Positions 39,691-49,758 of a DNA stretch of 64,000 nucleotides are shown here, in pieces (within the stretch, counting starts at the first letter, position 1; each line of letters starts with the position of its first letter). The notes beneath the pieces were generated by a model. The model did not search any database. It was not told the DNA's origin and saw nothing but the letters and a program-made list of their open reading frames with translations. The DNA lies in NCBI GenBank assembly GCA_050011875.1, contig JBEKIG010000012.1, positions 11,278-75,277 on the forward strand. The letters run 5' to 3'. The stretch is from Nitrososphaeria archaeon. Lineage in GTDB: Archaea; Thermoproteota; Nitrososphaeria; JACIWG01. The translations under genes and the position numbers were made by a program.

Positions 39691-40935
39691 CTAGTCTTCG
39701 ACAATGTGCCTAATGTACATGTGAGTCTGGTGTATTGTCTGCTTCTTTCCTTCGTATGTCCCGGTGTTCAGTAGATAGAATGAGACACCGCAGCTGTAAA
39801 GTTTTCTAAAGAAAGCTTCTTCAGCGCCCAGGTTGTGCTCTGGTGGATACGGGTTATAGAAAGGCTCGTAACCGTACTGCCCCCATTTCTCAGGTGGGCC
39901 TGAACCCGGTCGTATTATAAACTTCCCTTCCTTGAGCACCCTAATCGCTTCATCTATGCCCAGAAGTGTTACAGGCTTTGTGGTGTCATCGCGAGTTAAG
40001 AGCAGCACATATTTTACACGACATTCGTTTGATAGGTTCTCTTTCCCCTTGGGAACTTCGACGAGGTTTCCTAAGGCGTCTTTTATCATCATAGGAAAAC
40101 GGTCCCTTGGAAACATAACCCTAGAGTTGGCATATGACCAATAACATCTGTCCGCGTTTAGGTCGAAGACGCATTTTCTTTCCCCGTTCATTACAGCTTT
40201 ATAGCATTCACCTATCTTTTCGCTTTCTATAGAGTATTGAGCGCATTTGGCTTTCTCGTTCACGATGTTTTCGAGTGGTAAATCGTTGAAGAACTTGGTA
40301 AATATTGGGTGATTAAGGGCGATCTCAGACCTCATATAGAGCCAACTTTCTGTAGCGTAGGCAATGGGATCAGGTTTAAAGAAGACAAAGACATAGTCGT
40401 CAGAGTGAACTTTAGCATCTCTTATATTATATATTAGTTCATGGAACTGTGAAGTCTTACCCGTGCCTGTTGGTGCGACGATGACGACTCCGTCATAGCC
40501 GTGACTGTTAGGTACGCCAACACATGCGCCGTGAATCGCGTACCCTCCTCTTTTTTCCAACAGACGCGTTGACAAACCCAGTGCGCCAGCGGATTTTGCT
40601 GCTCCATAGTATTCACAATTAACTATAAGAACCCTGCTTGTTTTAAAATCATAGTAGATGGACGGCTCTAAGTCTTCAACATCATTAATGTCATAGATCC
40701 AGCCGTCTATTTTATCTTCCTTTGAACCAGGAAACCAGTTAAGCTTCCAGTATTCATACACGTGGCTAGAATTTGTCATCAGCTTTATTCTGACACCACA
40801 TATGTCGGCAACTGCTTTAAAAGGCAGATCTTTGTGGGTTTTAAGAATTCTATCTATCTCCCCCTTATCCTTTACCTTTGGAGGACGACGGTCGGGATAA
40901 GTGAAATAGTTGTTCTTTATCTTAGGGTCCTGCAT
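39691..40935 (-). CDS. PEPCK/HPrK-like P-loop protein
   Basis: IHGACV...VIVAPTGTGKTS...HSDDYVF matches the PEPCK/HPr-kinase signature; C-terminal FYLLNTG. Confidence 0.7.
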   Translation of the reverse strand: MQDPKIKNNYFTYPDRRPPKVKDKGEIDRILKTHKDLPFKAVADICGVRIKLMTNSSHVYEYWKLNWFPGSKEDKIDGWIYDINDVEDLEPSIYYDFKTSRVLIVNCEYYGAAKSAGALGLSTRLLEKRGGYAIHGACVGVPNSHGYDGVVIVAPTGTGKTSQFHELIYNIRDAKVHSDDYVFVFFKPDPIAYATESWLYMRSEIALNHPIFTKFFNDLPLENIVNEKAKCAQYSIESEKIGECYKAVMNGERKCVFDLNADRCYWSYANSRVMFPRDRFPMMIKDALGNLVEVPKGKENLSNECRVKYVLLLTRDDTTKPVTLLGIDEAIRVLKEGKFIIRPGSGPPEKWGQYGYEPFYNPYPPEHNLGAEEAFFRKLYSCGVSFYLLNTGTYEGKKQTIHQTHMYIRHIVED

Positions 40936-41582
40936 CGCAAAAAACCCACTAGACAGCCATCCTATAAACTTTCAAATGGTGATAGTAGCAAAATGATAGA
41001 CAAAACGCAATTTAGTTTAACTATTTTTGGCACTTTAACAATTCTTGATTCCCTTAGAAGTACGGATGCTATTTAACTTGCACTTCCTTTATTACCTTGT
41101 GGATTAAGCGATAAGTCCGGAGAAGAGGTGGCGATTAAACCAAGTCGACTATGTTGACTGGCGGGGGAAGAAGCTGCCCAAGATCCCAGTGTTAGATTAT
41201 TTTTTCAAACTGCTGGAAAATGATGGGATAAAAGCCAGACACAGTTTTTGGCGTTAAAAAATCTAAATTTAACAGCAAATTTAACACACAACGCAACATA
41301 ACACCGACTTAACAGACCTGATAGCCTATTTGTCCATAATCAATATTTACCAGACTTTTGTCAAAATTAAAATCATAAAGATAATTCCCAGATCAAACCT
41401 TTTTAATAAAATCGGATGCTAACCCAAAATTGTAGCCAGATGATCGAGTCTTATATAATTAAGTAAGATAGTAAAATAATGGGATCATACGCTATAGTAA
41501 AATGGAAAAAGCTCTCTCCAACAAGGTTTTTAATCTATGTCAAGAGCAACGAAAAGTTCTCAAAACTTAAAGCTTATAGGTT

Positions 41583-42050
41583 TCAAGAAACTTTGACTTT
41601 AAAGTCCTCCTTTACAACGTTAAGAACGACGTTTGTAACTGTTCTTTTCACATAAGGTATGGTTAAGAGTTTCTTTACGAAGACGTTTAAATCGAATTTG
41701 TTCTTAAACCTTACAGTCACTGCGATATCAAAATCTCCTGTAATATCATATACAATAGCAACATTATCAATTTTTGCAATCTCACTTTCTACCTCTAAGA
41801 GGTGAGCTCCTTCAGCTTGGATCAACATGATGGCAGTCATAGCGTATCCAAGTTTAACGGGATCCACGAGGACGGTATAGCCTTTTAAGATTCCTTTTTT
41901 TTCTAAGTTTTTGGTGCGGTTATATGCTGTTCCGACGGATATCCCTAATTTTTTTGCTATCTTGTTAAAACTTAGGCGCGAATCTTCTTGAAGTAGATTA
42001 ATAATTCGGAGATCAACTTCATCGAACTTCTCAAGTGAAGCGGGTTCCAA
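41583..42050 (-). CDS. Lrp/AsnC transcriptional regulator
   Basis: DEVDLRII..LQEDSR, HTH, ITGDFD, RTVT. Confidence 0.93.
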   Translation of the reverse strand: MEPASLEKFDEVDLRIINLLQEDSRLSFNKIAKKLGISVGTAYNRTKNLEKKGILKGYTVLVDPVKLGYAMTAIMLIQAEGAHLLEVESEIAKIDNVAIVYDITGDFDIAVTVRFKNKFDLNVFVKKLLTIPYVKRTVTNVVLNVVKEDFKVKVS

Positions 42051-42185
42051 CGTTTTCTCTCACAAATACTTTTTATTAATAGATATATAAGTATTCATTA
42101 AAGTGCGAAAATTTTAAATATTTATATATATAACTCAAAAGATTTATATATATATCAAAAGGGAAAGTCAATCCATTGAATAAAA

Positions 42186-43661
42186 ATGAGCGACATGAAA
42201 GATGCTGAGCCCTTAGAAAAGGCTATTGAATCCTTGAAAACGAACAATATACGCTGGGTGCACTCGACCTTCGTGGACATGCGGGGTTTGATGCAGGACA
42301 TGGTCTTACCTGCAAAGGAGTATATTAATGGCGACGCTTTTACATCGGGTCTAGGTTTCGATGGATCTTCGATCAGAGGCTTCAAATCAATCGAAGATTC
42401 AGACATGATCCTTATGCCAGATCCAAAGACTTTAGCTGTAATCCCTTGGACTACTGATGCAAACCAGAAGAGCGCAATCATCATAGGAGATGTCTATGAA
42501 GCCTACGGTGGTAAAGAGCCCTCTGAAGTATGTCTGAGGGGATATGTTGCGAAAAGAGCTGTGAAAGCGGCAAAAGAAATGGGATATACTGGATACTTCG
42601 CCCCCGAATTGGAATACTTCGTCTTCTCATCAATCGACCCTACCAAGCTGGTTTGGGACCTTTGGGTAAGCCCGAAAGGAGGTGAAGGGGATTCTTGGGG
42701 AGCCCCAAGAGTTGTACCCCAATCAAATGAGATCACTCCTGGAGGTTTCATTCTCAGACCTAAGGAAGCGTACTTTAGGCCCCCTCCAGAAGACACAACT
42801 TGCGAATATCGCAATGAAGTCTCTTCAATACTTGAGGATTACTTTGGCTTTTCAATCGAGAAACATCATCATGAGGTAGCTACATCTGGCCAGCTTGAAA
42901 TCGACTTCCGCTACGGAGGCTTGATCGACACGGCCGATAAAGCATTATACTACAAGTTTGTAGCTAAAAATGTAGCCAAAAAATACGGGTTGATAGCTAC
43001 CTTCATGCCGAAACCCGTCTATCTCGACAACGCTAGCGGAATGCATGTCCATGCTTCTTTATGGAAGGGTTCAGAAAATGTTATGTACGATGAGAATGAC
43101 GAATACGGGGAGTTCAGCCAGACTGGAAGATACTTTATCGGCGGGCTACTGGAGCACGCCAGAGCTTTGACAGCGGTATGTTGCCCAACAGTCAGTTCTT
43201 TTAAACGGCTTGTCCCAGGCTTTGAGGCCCCAATCTACATCATGTGGTCCCGTCGTAACAGGTCTGCACTGGCAAGAATACCACTGTACTACAAGGGGCC
43301 AGAGCACGTCTCTCAAAAGCGCGTTGAATACAGGGGTGTTGACCCATCGTGTAATCCCTACATCGCATTCTCATGCATTCTAATGGCCGGGCTTGATGGA
43401 GTCAAGAAGAAGATCGATCCAGGCGACCCTGTTGACGAAGACGTCTACAAACTGTCTCCCGAAAGGCGAAAATCTTTGGGGATAAAGGAGCTCCCAACAA
43501 CGTTAAAGGACGCCTTGGAGGAGATGAAGGGTGATGAAGTGATTCATAAAACACTTGGGAGCCACATATTCGATGCCTTCATAGAATACAAGACGAACGA
43601 TTGGAACCAGTACTGTCTATACGTGACACCGTGGGAGATAATGAAATACCTCGATTATTAA
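42186..43661 (+). CDS. glnA: Glutamine synthetase type I
   Basis: FDGSSI.GF..I..SDM, HHHEVA, TFMPKP, SGMHVH, NRSA..RIP, EYR..DP..NPY. Confidence 0.97.
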   Translation: MSDMKDAEPLEKAIESLKTNNIRWVHSTFVDMRGLMQDMVLPAKEYINGDAFTSGLGFDGSSIRGFKSIEDSDMILMPDPKTLAVIPWTTDANQKSAIIIGDVYEAYGGKEPSEVCLRGYVAKRAVKAAKEMGYTGYFAPELEYFVFSSIDPTKLVWDLWVSPKGGEGDSWGAPRVVPQSNEITPGGFILRPKEAYFRPPPEDTTCEYRNEVSSILEDYFGFSIEKHHHEVATSGQLEIDFRYGGLIDTADKALYYKFVAKNVAKKYGLIATFMPKPVYLDNASGMHVHASLWKGSENVMYDENDEYGEFSQTGRYFIGGLLEHARALTAVCCPTVSSFKRLVPGFEAPIYIMWSRRNRSALARIPLYYKGPEHVSQKRVEYRGVDPSCNPYIAFSCILMAGLDGVKKKIDPGDPVDEDVYKLSPERRKSLGIKELPTTLKDALEEMKGDEVIHKTLGSHIFDAFIEYKTNDWNQYCLYVTPWEIMKYLDY

Positions 43662-43704
43662 AGATGAAAAAAAGAAGAAAGAATAATATTCCAAAATGAT
43701 ATAA

Positions 43705-43880
43705 ATTCCTACCGGTTCATAATAATAAATAGGAACTCAGGTGCTGAAAGGAAAATAGTTAAAGAACTCAAAAAGATAATTGAAGTCAAAGAAGTGCACC
43801 TGGACTACGTCAGATTCGACATTATAGACAGTTCAAGCGCACTTGATGGAAATAAGACTGTTGCAACAATCTTAATAGAA
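43705..43880 (+). pseudogene. Stand-alone Lrp/AsnC ligand-binding (RAM) domain remnant
   Basis: FIIIN...GAERKIVKELKKIIEVKEVHL.Y..FDII resembles the RAM consensus; no valid start, internal deletion. Confidence 0.55.
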
Positions 43881-44022
43881 TCGCTTTCGTCCCTTTTGAG
43901 TGAAGGTGCATGTGTAAAGGAACCCAAATGGATTAACTCTCTTCGGTATCGAATGTTAAACTGCGAGCGCAGCATCCGTGCGGGGGGAGCCTCCGTCAAT
44001 CCTCCAGTTGTTGAAACTTAAA

Positions 44023-44568
44023 CTATACGATTCTACAAAAGTTCAGAATCAGCTCTGCGTTAAGTACTTCAGGATGGAATAAGCAGCCGTATATTTCCTG
44101 GCCTTTCTGTTTGATTATGCTTGCTATGCAACCAGTTGTAGCGATCACATCGAAACTGCTATTTACCTTAACTATTTTAGAAACCAGAAAATATGAATAG
44201 AACTCCCCGCTAGATGACAGAGGATTCTGCTTCACAACCTTGACCTCATGTTGGCCGATTATTTTTCTATCCAACAGTTCACCACCAAACGTCTTCGCTA
44301 TTATCTGCATTCCTGCACAGATACCTAGAACAGGCTTGCCTAGCCCATTTAGATAATTGAAAGCCTCAATATGGTGAAGGTATTCGAAGTCTTTGAGGGA
44401 AGTACCGCAAATTATGATCTTATCTACATTTATTAGTTCATTTGAATTGACTTTTAAATAATGTTTTACTTGGAAGACGTTATTTACTTTTTCAAGAATT
44501 TTACTGATCGGTTCGACGAATTCTAGCTCACTTAATCTGTCAAGGCAGACGTTAACTATAAGAATCAT
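44023..44568 (-). CDS. Class I glutamine amidotransferase
   Basis: PVLGICAGMQ nucleophile elbow and FHPE. Confidence 0.88.
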   Translation of the reverse strand: MILIVNVCLDRLSELEFVEPISKILEKVNNVFQVKHYLKVNSNELINVDKIIICGTSLKDFEYLHHIEAFNYLNGLGKPVLGICAGMQIIAKTFGGELLDRKIIGQHEVKVVKQNPLSSSGEFYSYFLVSKIVKVNSSFDVIATTGCIASIIKQKGQEIYGCLFHPEVLNAELILNFCRIV

Positions 44569-45245
44569 TTCTTGATCAGCCTAGCTCTCTTTATTACAAA
44601 CCATCCAGAGTAATTTTTGTAGACTATATCGTGCTCTAAGATTTCTATTTCCTTTTTAAAGAAGGGTGCGTTGATAACTGTTGTCTCTATTTCGCCACCT
44701 TCTCCAGCGGGGTTAAGACCATATTTCCTTGCATATATCTCTAATTTTGCTACCATATCATCGTTGATGGTCTTTCCCAAGAAGTTAATGTCCAATGGAT
44801 AAGCAAAGACACCTGAAATGATTGTCTTGATTCCAGCTGATAGGCCTTCCCTTAGAACCTCGACCTGATCTCTTAACCATAGAGGATTAAAGCACCAAAG
44901 AGAAAGTTTGTCACAGACTTTCTGTATCCTGCTAGCTTGATAAATTGATTTTATGGATCCCATAACAACCCCTTCGATTTCAAACTTCTTTTTAGCGATC
45001 AATATTGCCGCCTCAAGATCTAACAGTTCCTCTTCCTTCTTTCCTTCTGTTATCTTATGGATCAAAGGCAGGCCTATTGCCTGAGCCTGCAGTGATGTAA
45101 TGGAAATATTGGGCACATGGAACATGTAACTCTCCTTATTTTTAGAAATTAGACTGATCAAACAGACAACATCATGATATCTTCTAGCTTTGTAAAAGGC
45201 TAAACACGAATCCTTTCCACCTGAGAAGAGTATGCCGACTCTCAC
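44565..45245 (-). CDS. dph6: Diphthine-ammonia ligase (Dph6) family ATP pyrophosphatase
   Basis: LFSGGKDS, SYMFH.PN, PLW, GEGGE.ET. Confidence 0.88.
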   Translation of the reverse strand: MRVGILFSGGKDSCLAFYKARRYHDVVCLISLISKNKESYMFHVPNISITSLQAQAIGLPLIHKITEGKKEEELLDLEAAILIAKKKFEIEGVVMGSIKSIYQASRIQKVCDKLSLWCFNPLWLRDQVEVLREGLSAGIKTIISGVFAYPLDINFLGKTINDDMVAKLEIYARKYGLNPAGEGGEIETTVINAPFFKKEIEILEHDIVYKNYSGWFVIKRARLIKK

Positions 45246-45443
45246 AATGTATCACAGAACTTCAATATCTTATAAATGCTGTTCAATAGGTAGTATATGA
45301 ATTTCACTTTTACTGAAGAACTGTTAGACTTGTCGAGGTGGTCAGTTTAATATACAATGTGAAGGTTTTAAATAGAAAGCTTGAAAATTTCAATTAAAGG
45401 CTATGAAATGATTATAAGTAAAAAACCTTCCAAAGGTTAGTGT

Positions 45444-45950
45444 TTGAATATGTATCCTATGCTGAGAAGTGAAAGAAAGATGGATGCCAAAAAAGTCAAG
45501 GAATTCTTGATCGAAGCTAAAGTGGGGAGATTAGGTTTGTCGCAGAACAACGAAGCATATGTAGTCCCAGTCATCTACATCTATGATCCAACAAATGGGA
45601 TGATTTATATTCACTGCGCCAAAAAGGGGAGAAAGACTGATATGATAAAGTCTAACCCTAAGGCATGTTTTGAGGTAGACGAATCGTCCGGACTTGTAAC
45701 CGGCAGCTCTCCATGTGAAAACGATCAAATCTACCGAAGTGTGATAGCGTTCGGAGAGGCTAATTTCCTTCATGATCCATCGAGGAAGGCTGAAGTGTTG
45801 AACATGATCGTAGAAAAGTACGCTTATAGCGAGAGAAAAAACAGGGCTTCGGTTACACCTGAAAAGGCTGAGGGAACACAAATCATCGCGATAAAAGTTT
45901 TGAGTAAATCTGGAAAGGAGAACAAGGGCAAGACCATACCATATCAATGA
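45444..45950 (+). CDS. Pyridoxamine 5'-phosphate oxidase-like / NimA flavin-binding protein
   Basis: GRLGL....AYVVP, YIHCA..GRK...I..NP..CFEVD, YRSVI.FG. Confidence 0.85.
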   Translation: MNMYPMLRSERKMDAKKVKEFLIEAKVGRLGLSQNNEAYVVPVIYIYDPTNGMIYIHCAKKGRKTDMIKSNPKACFEVDESSGLVTGSSPCENDQIYRSVIAFGEANFLHDPSRKAEVLNMIVEKYAYSERKNRASVTPEKAEGTQIIAIKVLSKSGKENKGKTIPYQ

Positions 45951-46213
45951 ACTCCAGCGGTGAAAAAATAAAGAAAGTCAGGTGAAGGGGATCCTTTTGT
46001 TTAATAAAATATAGGTTCGGGTGTGATATTGCTTCCGTATAATTGTTTTCAGAGCTTAGATCCAGAGGCCTGAAGATGTTGGAACTTGGCATTACGTGGA
46101 GTTACTAATGGATGTCGATAAAACCTTTGAGGCAAAAGCTCAAGTGAAGATGACAAGAAAGCTTGGGTTCTAAATTTAATATTCTTCTTTCCCATTTCTG
46201 CCTTAAATAGGAT

Positions 46214-46732
46214 CTACTTTGTTATTCTTTTATAGATCACGTTCATTATCTTCGCGTGTCTATCTTCATCTACGATGATCCAGTCTACAATTGTGCTTAT
46301 CAGACCTACGTCTATGCCTATCTCCTGCGCTTCAAGCTTAGCTATTTGAAGGTTTAATGAAGTATACTTCTCTTCGCCTATAAAGCTCTCGAACTGAGAC
46401 ATCTTTTCTACAAGCAGAGGTAAATTTGGTTCTCCAGAATCCATTGTCTCCTTCATAGCCAATTCTTTTAGTCTACTCCATACTGCACCCATAGAATTTT
46501 CGCAGATTATGATATCTTGATTGAATTCGAAATCATCCACGCTCTTAGCTATGGCGCTTAAGATAAGTGAATGCTTATGGCTGTCAGTTGAAATGTAGAG
46601 TAAAAGTTTCTTAACAATAGCATCATTAACGGTATCAGCAAGGCTCTCATAAGCTTTGGATATTGCGTTTTCTAACAAACTTGTACAGAAAAACGTCTTA
46701 GCTATTTCTCTCTTGTTTACTCCACTGTTCAC
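46214..46732 (-). CDS. Ferritin-like di-iron protein
   Basis: Repeated E...DSHKH and E...DEDRH helix pairs. Confidence 0.7.
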   Translation of the reverse strand: MNSGVNKREIAKTFFCTSLLENAISKAYESLADTVNDAIVKKLLLYISTDSHKHSLILSAIAKSVDDFEFNQDIIICENSMGAVWSRLKELAMKETMDSGEPNLPLLVEKMSQFESFIGEEKYTSLNLQIAKLEAQEIGIDVGLISTIVDWIIVDEDRHAKIMNVIYKRITK

Positions 46733-47259
46733 AATAGATAATTACTTAGGGGCTTATATAAAATTTATATATTGTATTCACCTTAATGCAATTTTCGAAT
46801 TTCTGGCCATCTCACCAAACTAGCTGTCACAGAAGTTGTGTGAAATTAAATTTTATAAGACGGTAAAGGAGTACACGAATGTTACCATTTGATCTATTCG
46901 CAGAAGCTTATTCAGCAAAGAAAAACTTTAGCAAGCTGATATCTGCCTACAGAGAATATCGATCATTTCTTCTTTGGCGGTAATGATTGAACATATTTTA
47001 TTGAACACCAACCATCGCCTAATTAAATCTAGGCAAGACTTTAATTTTAGTTAGATTTGTTAAAAGCTTATATTATTTAATTATTTGGGTGTTTTGGCCA
47101 AAATTCTCCATCAATTGGTTCTTGACGGATGAATGGGGGCTTAGTTTTTGAGCCCTCAACATTTGGCCTAAAAAACTGCTATCATCTATCTCCTTTTAAT
47201 CGATGGTTGCAAGACTTGTCTATCCTTAGCTGTGAGTTAACAATATTAAGCCTATTTTT

Positions 47260-47555
47260 CATTCAATCTAATTTATTCGTTTCCCTCTCTTCTTTTTATT
47301 TAGTAACCCTCGGAAAGCTTGGCGACAAAAATCAGATATCTACGATCACATTATCCGCCGAAAAATATTGGGATTCAATGCTTCTTGGAATAAGGATTGC
47401 TTTCGCAAGCACAGTTGGTGTTGGAACGATTCTTGGGACAAAAGTAGTTGTCCTCTCTTCTTAAAAAATGGTTGAGAATCGGTTCATATGGCTTGTTCAT
47501 AGCTATTGGAATAATCTCTGTCATAAGCTCAATTATTGGGCTAAGTATCTTTTAA
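47260..47555 (+). pseudogene. GDT1/TMEM165 (UPF0016) transporter remnant
   Basis: FYLVTLGKLGDKNQISTITLS is a degenerate ExGDK(S/T)Q motif; last TM helix (WLRIGSYGLFIAIGII) lies in another frame. Confidence 0.6.
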
Positions 47556-47861
47556 AAACGTTATCCCGGAAAATCTGGCTGTTTAATATGTTTCGAAGGA
47601 AAGTTTAGTGCGTTATCCTTCTCTTGGTGCTCATTTTTTACAAACTTTTTTTTCGCTTTTATTATGGTTTCGATGAACTGTATGCTGAACAGAATCAGAT
47701 CCTTAAGAAATATAGAACTAATAATTTATATAGACATTTTCCAACTGGATAGATACCAACCATGCGCAAGAGAATAGATAAAAAAGAGTTTAAACTTAGT
47801 GAAGAAAGGTCCACCACATTATCAGTGCTCTGGTTGTCTAAAGTGCATTTTAGGTGATTGG

Positions 47862-48698
47862 ATGATTCATGATAAAATAATGGTCTCTTTTCAAGGAGAG
47901 TTTGGAGCGTATAGCGAAGAAGCCGTATTCAAATTTTTTGGCGATAAGATGAAGACGCTCCCCTGTAAAACGTTAGCTGACGTCTTTAAAGCTGTAGAAG
48001 AAAAGAAGGTCAAGTACGGCATAGTTCCAGTGGAAAATTCTATTGAGGGAAGCATTTTTCAAACATACGATTTGCTGCTGCAGTCAAACCTTAAAATCTG
48101 CGGGGAGATAATACTCAGGGTAGCTCACTGTCTTATTTCATGCGAGAAAGAAATGACCTCTGTGAAAGAGGTTTACTCTCACCCTCAAGCCTTGGCGCAG
48201 TGTAGAAAGTTTCTGGAGGAGCTGGGATGCATTGTGACACCTACTTACGATACTGCAGGTAGTGTTAAGATGATTAAGGAGAGAAATCTGAGGAACGCGG
48301 CAGCGATTGCAAGTGAAAGGACGGCTCAAATATACGGCATGAATGTTCTAGCACGGCATTTAGAAACGAACCCCCAAAATTATACTAGGTTTTTGGTCAT
48401 ATTCAGCAGGGACCACAAGATGACGGACAATGACAAAACTTCGATAATCTTCTCAACAAAGGACATTCCTAAAGCTCTTCTAAAAGCACTTGTACCACTT
48501 GCTAAGAGAAACATAAATCTCATGAAGATAGAGTCTCGTCCCATAATCGGAAAGCCTTGGGAATATAACTTCTACCTCGACTTTGAGGGTCACAGGGGAG
48601 AGGAAAGGGTTCAGAAGGCTTTGAAAGAATTGGGGATGAATTCAACTTTTTTGAAGATATTAGGTTCTTATCCGAAGGCGAAAGAAGATGCTGTATGA
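47862..48698 (+). CDS. pheA: Prephenate dehydratase
   Basis: FQGE.GAYSE, PVENSIEGS, SHPQALAQC, NYTRF, IESRP (ACT). Confidence 0.95.
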   Translation: MIHDKIMVSFQGEFGAYSEEAVFKFFGDKMKTLPCKTLADVFKAVEEKKVKYGIVPVENSIEGSIFQTYDLLLQSNLKICGEIILRVAHCLISCEKEMTSVKEVYSHPQALAQCRKFLEELGCIVTPTYDTAGSVKMIKERNLRNAAAIASERTAQIYGMNVLARHLETNPQNYTRFLVIFSRDHKMTDNDKTSIIFSTKDIPKALLKALVPLAKRNINLMKIESRPIIGKPWEYNFYLDFEGHRGEERVQKALKELGMNSTFLKILGSYPKAKEDAV

Positions 48699-49758
48699 GA
48701 TCGCTGAAAAAGTGATAAAGCTTCAGAATGAAGGAAGGAAGATAATAAAGTTCAACGTGGGCGATCCGGATCAGTCTACGAATGAAGAAATTGTGGACAC
48801 AGCATTTAAAGCGATGAAAGCTGGAAAGACAAAGTACGGTTCATCTTCTGGAGAGAAAATACTTAGAGAAAAGCTGGCCGAAATCTACAACGTTAAGGCG
48901 GAAAATGTAACAATCGCGCCTGGATCAAAGTGGGCAATTTTTTCATCGATGTTTGTCACGCTTAAGAAAGGTGACAACATTGTTCTTCCATCTCCCCATT
49001 GGAATGCGTATTCACTTATGGCGCAACAGATGGGGGTGGAAACAAGGCTTTTGAAATGTGAACTAAAGTCGGACTGGAAGATAGACGTGGACAAGATGAA
49101 TGACCTGATAGATGAAAGAACTAGGATGATAATCTTGAACAATCCGAACAACCCGACCAGCAAGGTTGTGGACGGAAAGACCGTTGAAAAAATAGTTGAA
49201 TTGTCAAGAGAAAACTGCTTACCTATTCTTTCAGACGAATCCTACAGCGACATAAGCTTCCTTAAAGTAAGGAGTATCTTAGATTTTCCAAGGGACAATA
49301 TCTTTGTAAACAGTTTTTCGAAGACTTTTGCGATGACGGGGTGGAGAATAGGCTTCACGATATCAAATAAAGAATTGGCTGAAAAACTCACGAGGTTAAA
49401 TCAGATAACTATTTCTTGCGTTCCACAGTTCATTCAAGAAGCTGCCATTAAAGCTCTGGAGCTGAGGGATAGAATTGCAGATGAAGTTAAAGAAGTGTAT
49501 AGAAAAAGGGTGGAGCTGGCTTACGACATTCTTTCAAGAAGTAAACTGGAATTTTCTAAGGCTGATTCACCCTTCTACCTGTTTCCAAGATGCGGTGGAG
49601 ACTCGGAGAGGTTTGCTCTTAGAATGCTTGATGAGGGCGTCGCCGTAACCCCTGGAACCGCTTTCGGAGATTATAGGGAACACTTCAGAATTGCCCTAAC
49701 AGTCCCGGATGTGGAAGTTGAAGAAGGGTTGAAGAAGATAGCTGAGATGTTTCCATGA
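48688..49758 (+). CDS. Class I/II PLP aminotransferase (aromatic/aspartate)
   Basis: NNPNNPT, SDESY, SFSKTFAMTGWRIG. Confidence 0.92.
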   Translation: MLYEIAEKVIKLQNEGRKIIKFNVGDPDQSTNEEIVDTAFKAMKAGKTKYGSSSGEKILREKLAEIYNVKAENVTIAPGSKWAIFSSMFVTLKKGDNIVLPSPHWNAYSLMAQQMGVETRLLKCELKSDWKIDVDKMNDLIDERTRMIILNNPNNPTSKVVDGKTVEKIVELSRENCLPILSDESYSDISFLKVRSILDFPRDNIFVNSFSKTFAMTGWRIGFTISNKELAEKLTRLNQITISCVPQFIQEAAIKALELRDRIADEVKEVYRKRVELAYDILSRSKLEFSKADSPFYLFPRCGGDSERFALRMLDEGVAVTPGTAFGDYREHFRIALTVPDVEVEEGLKKIAEMFP

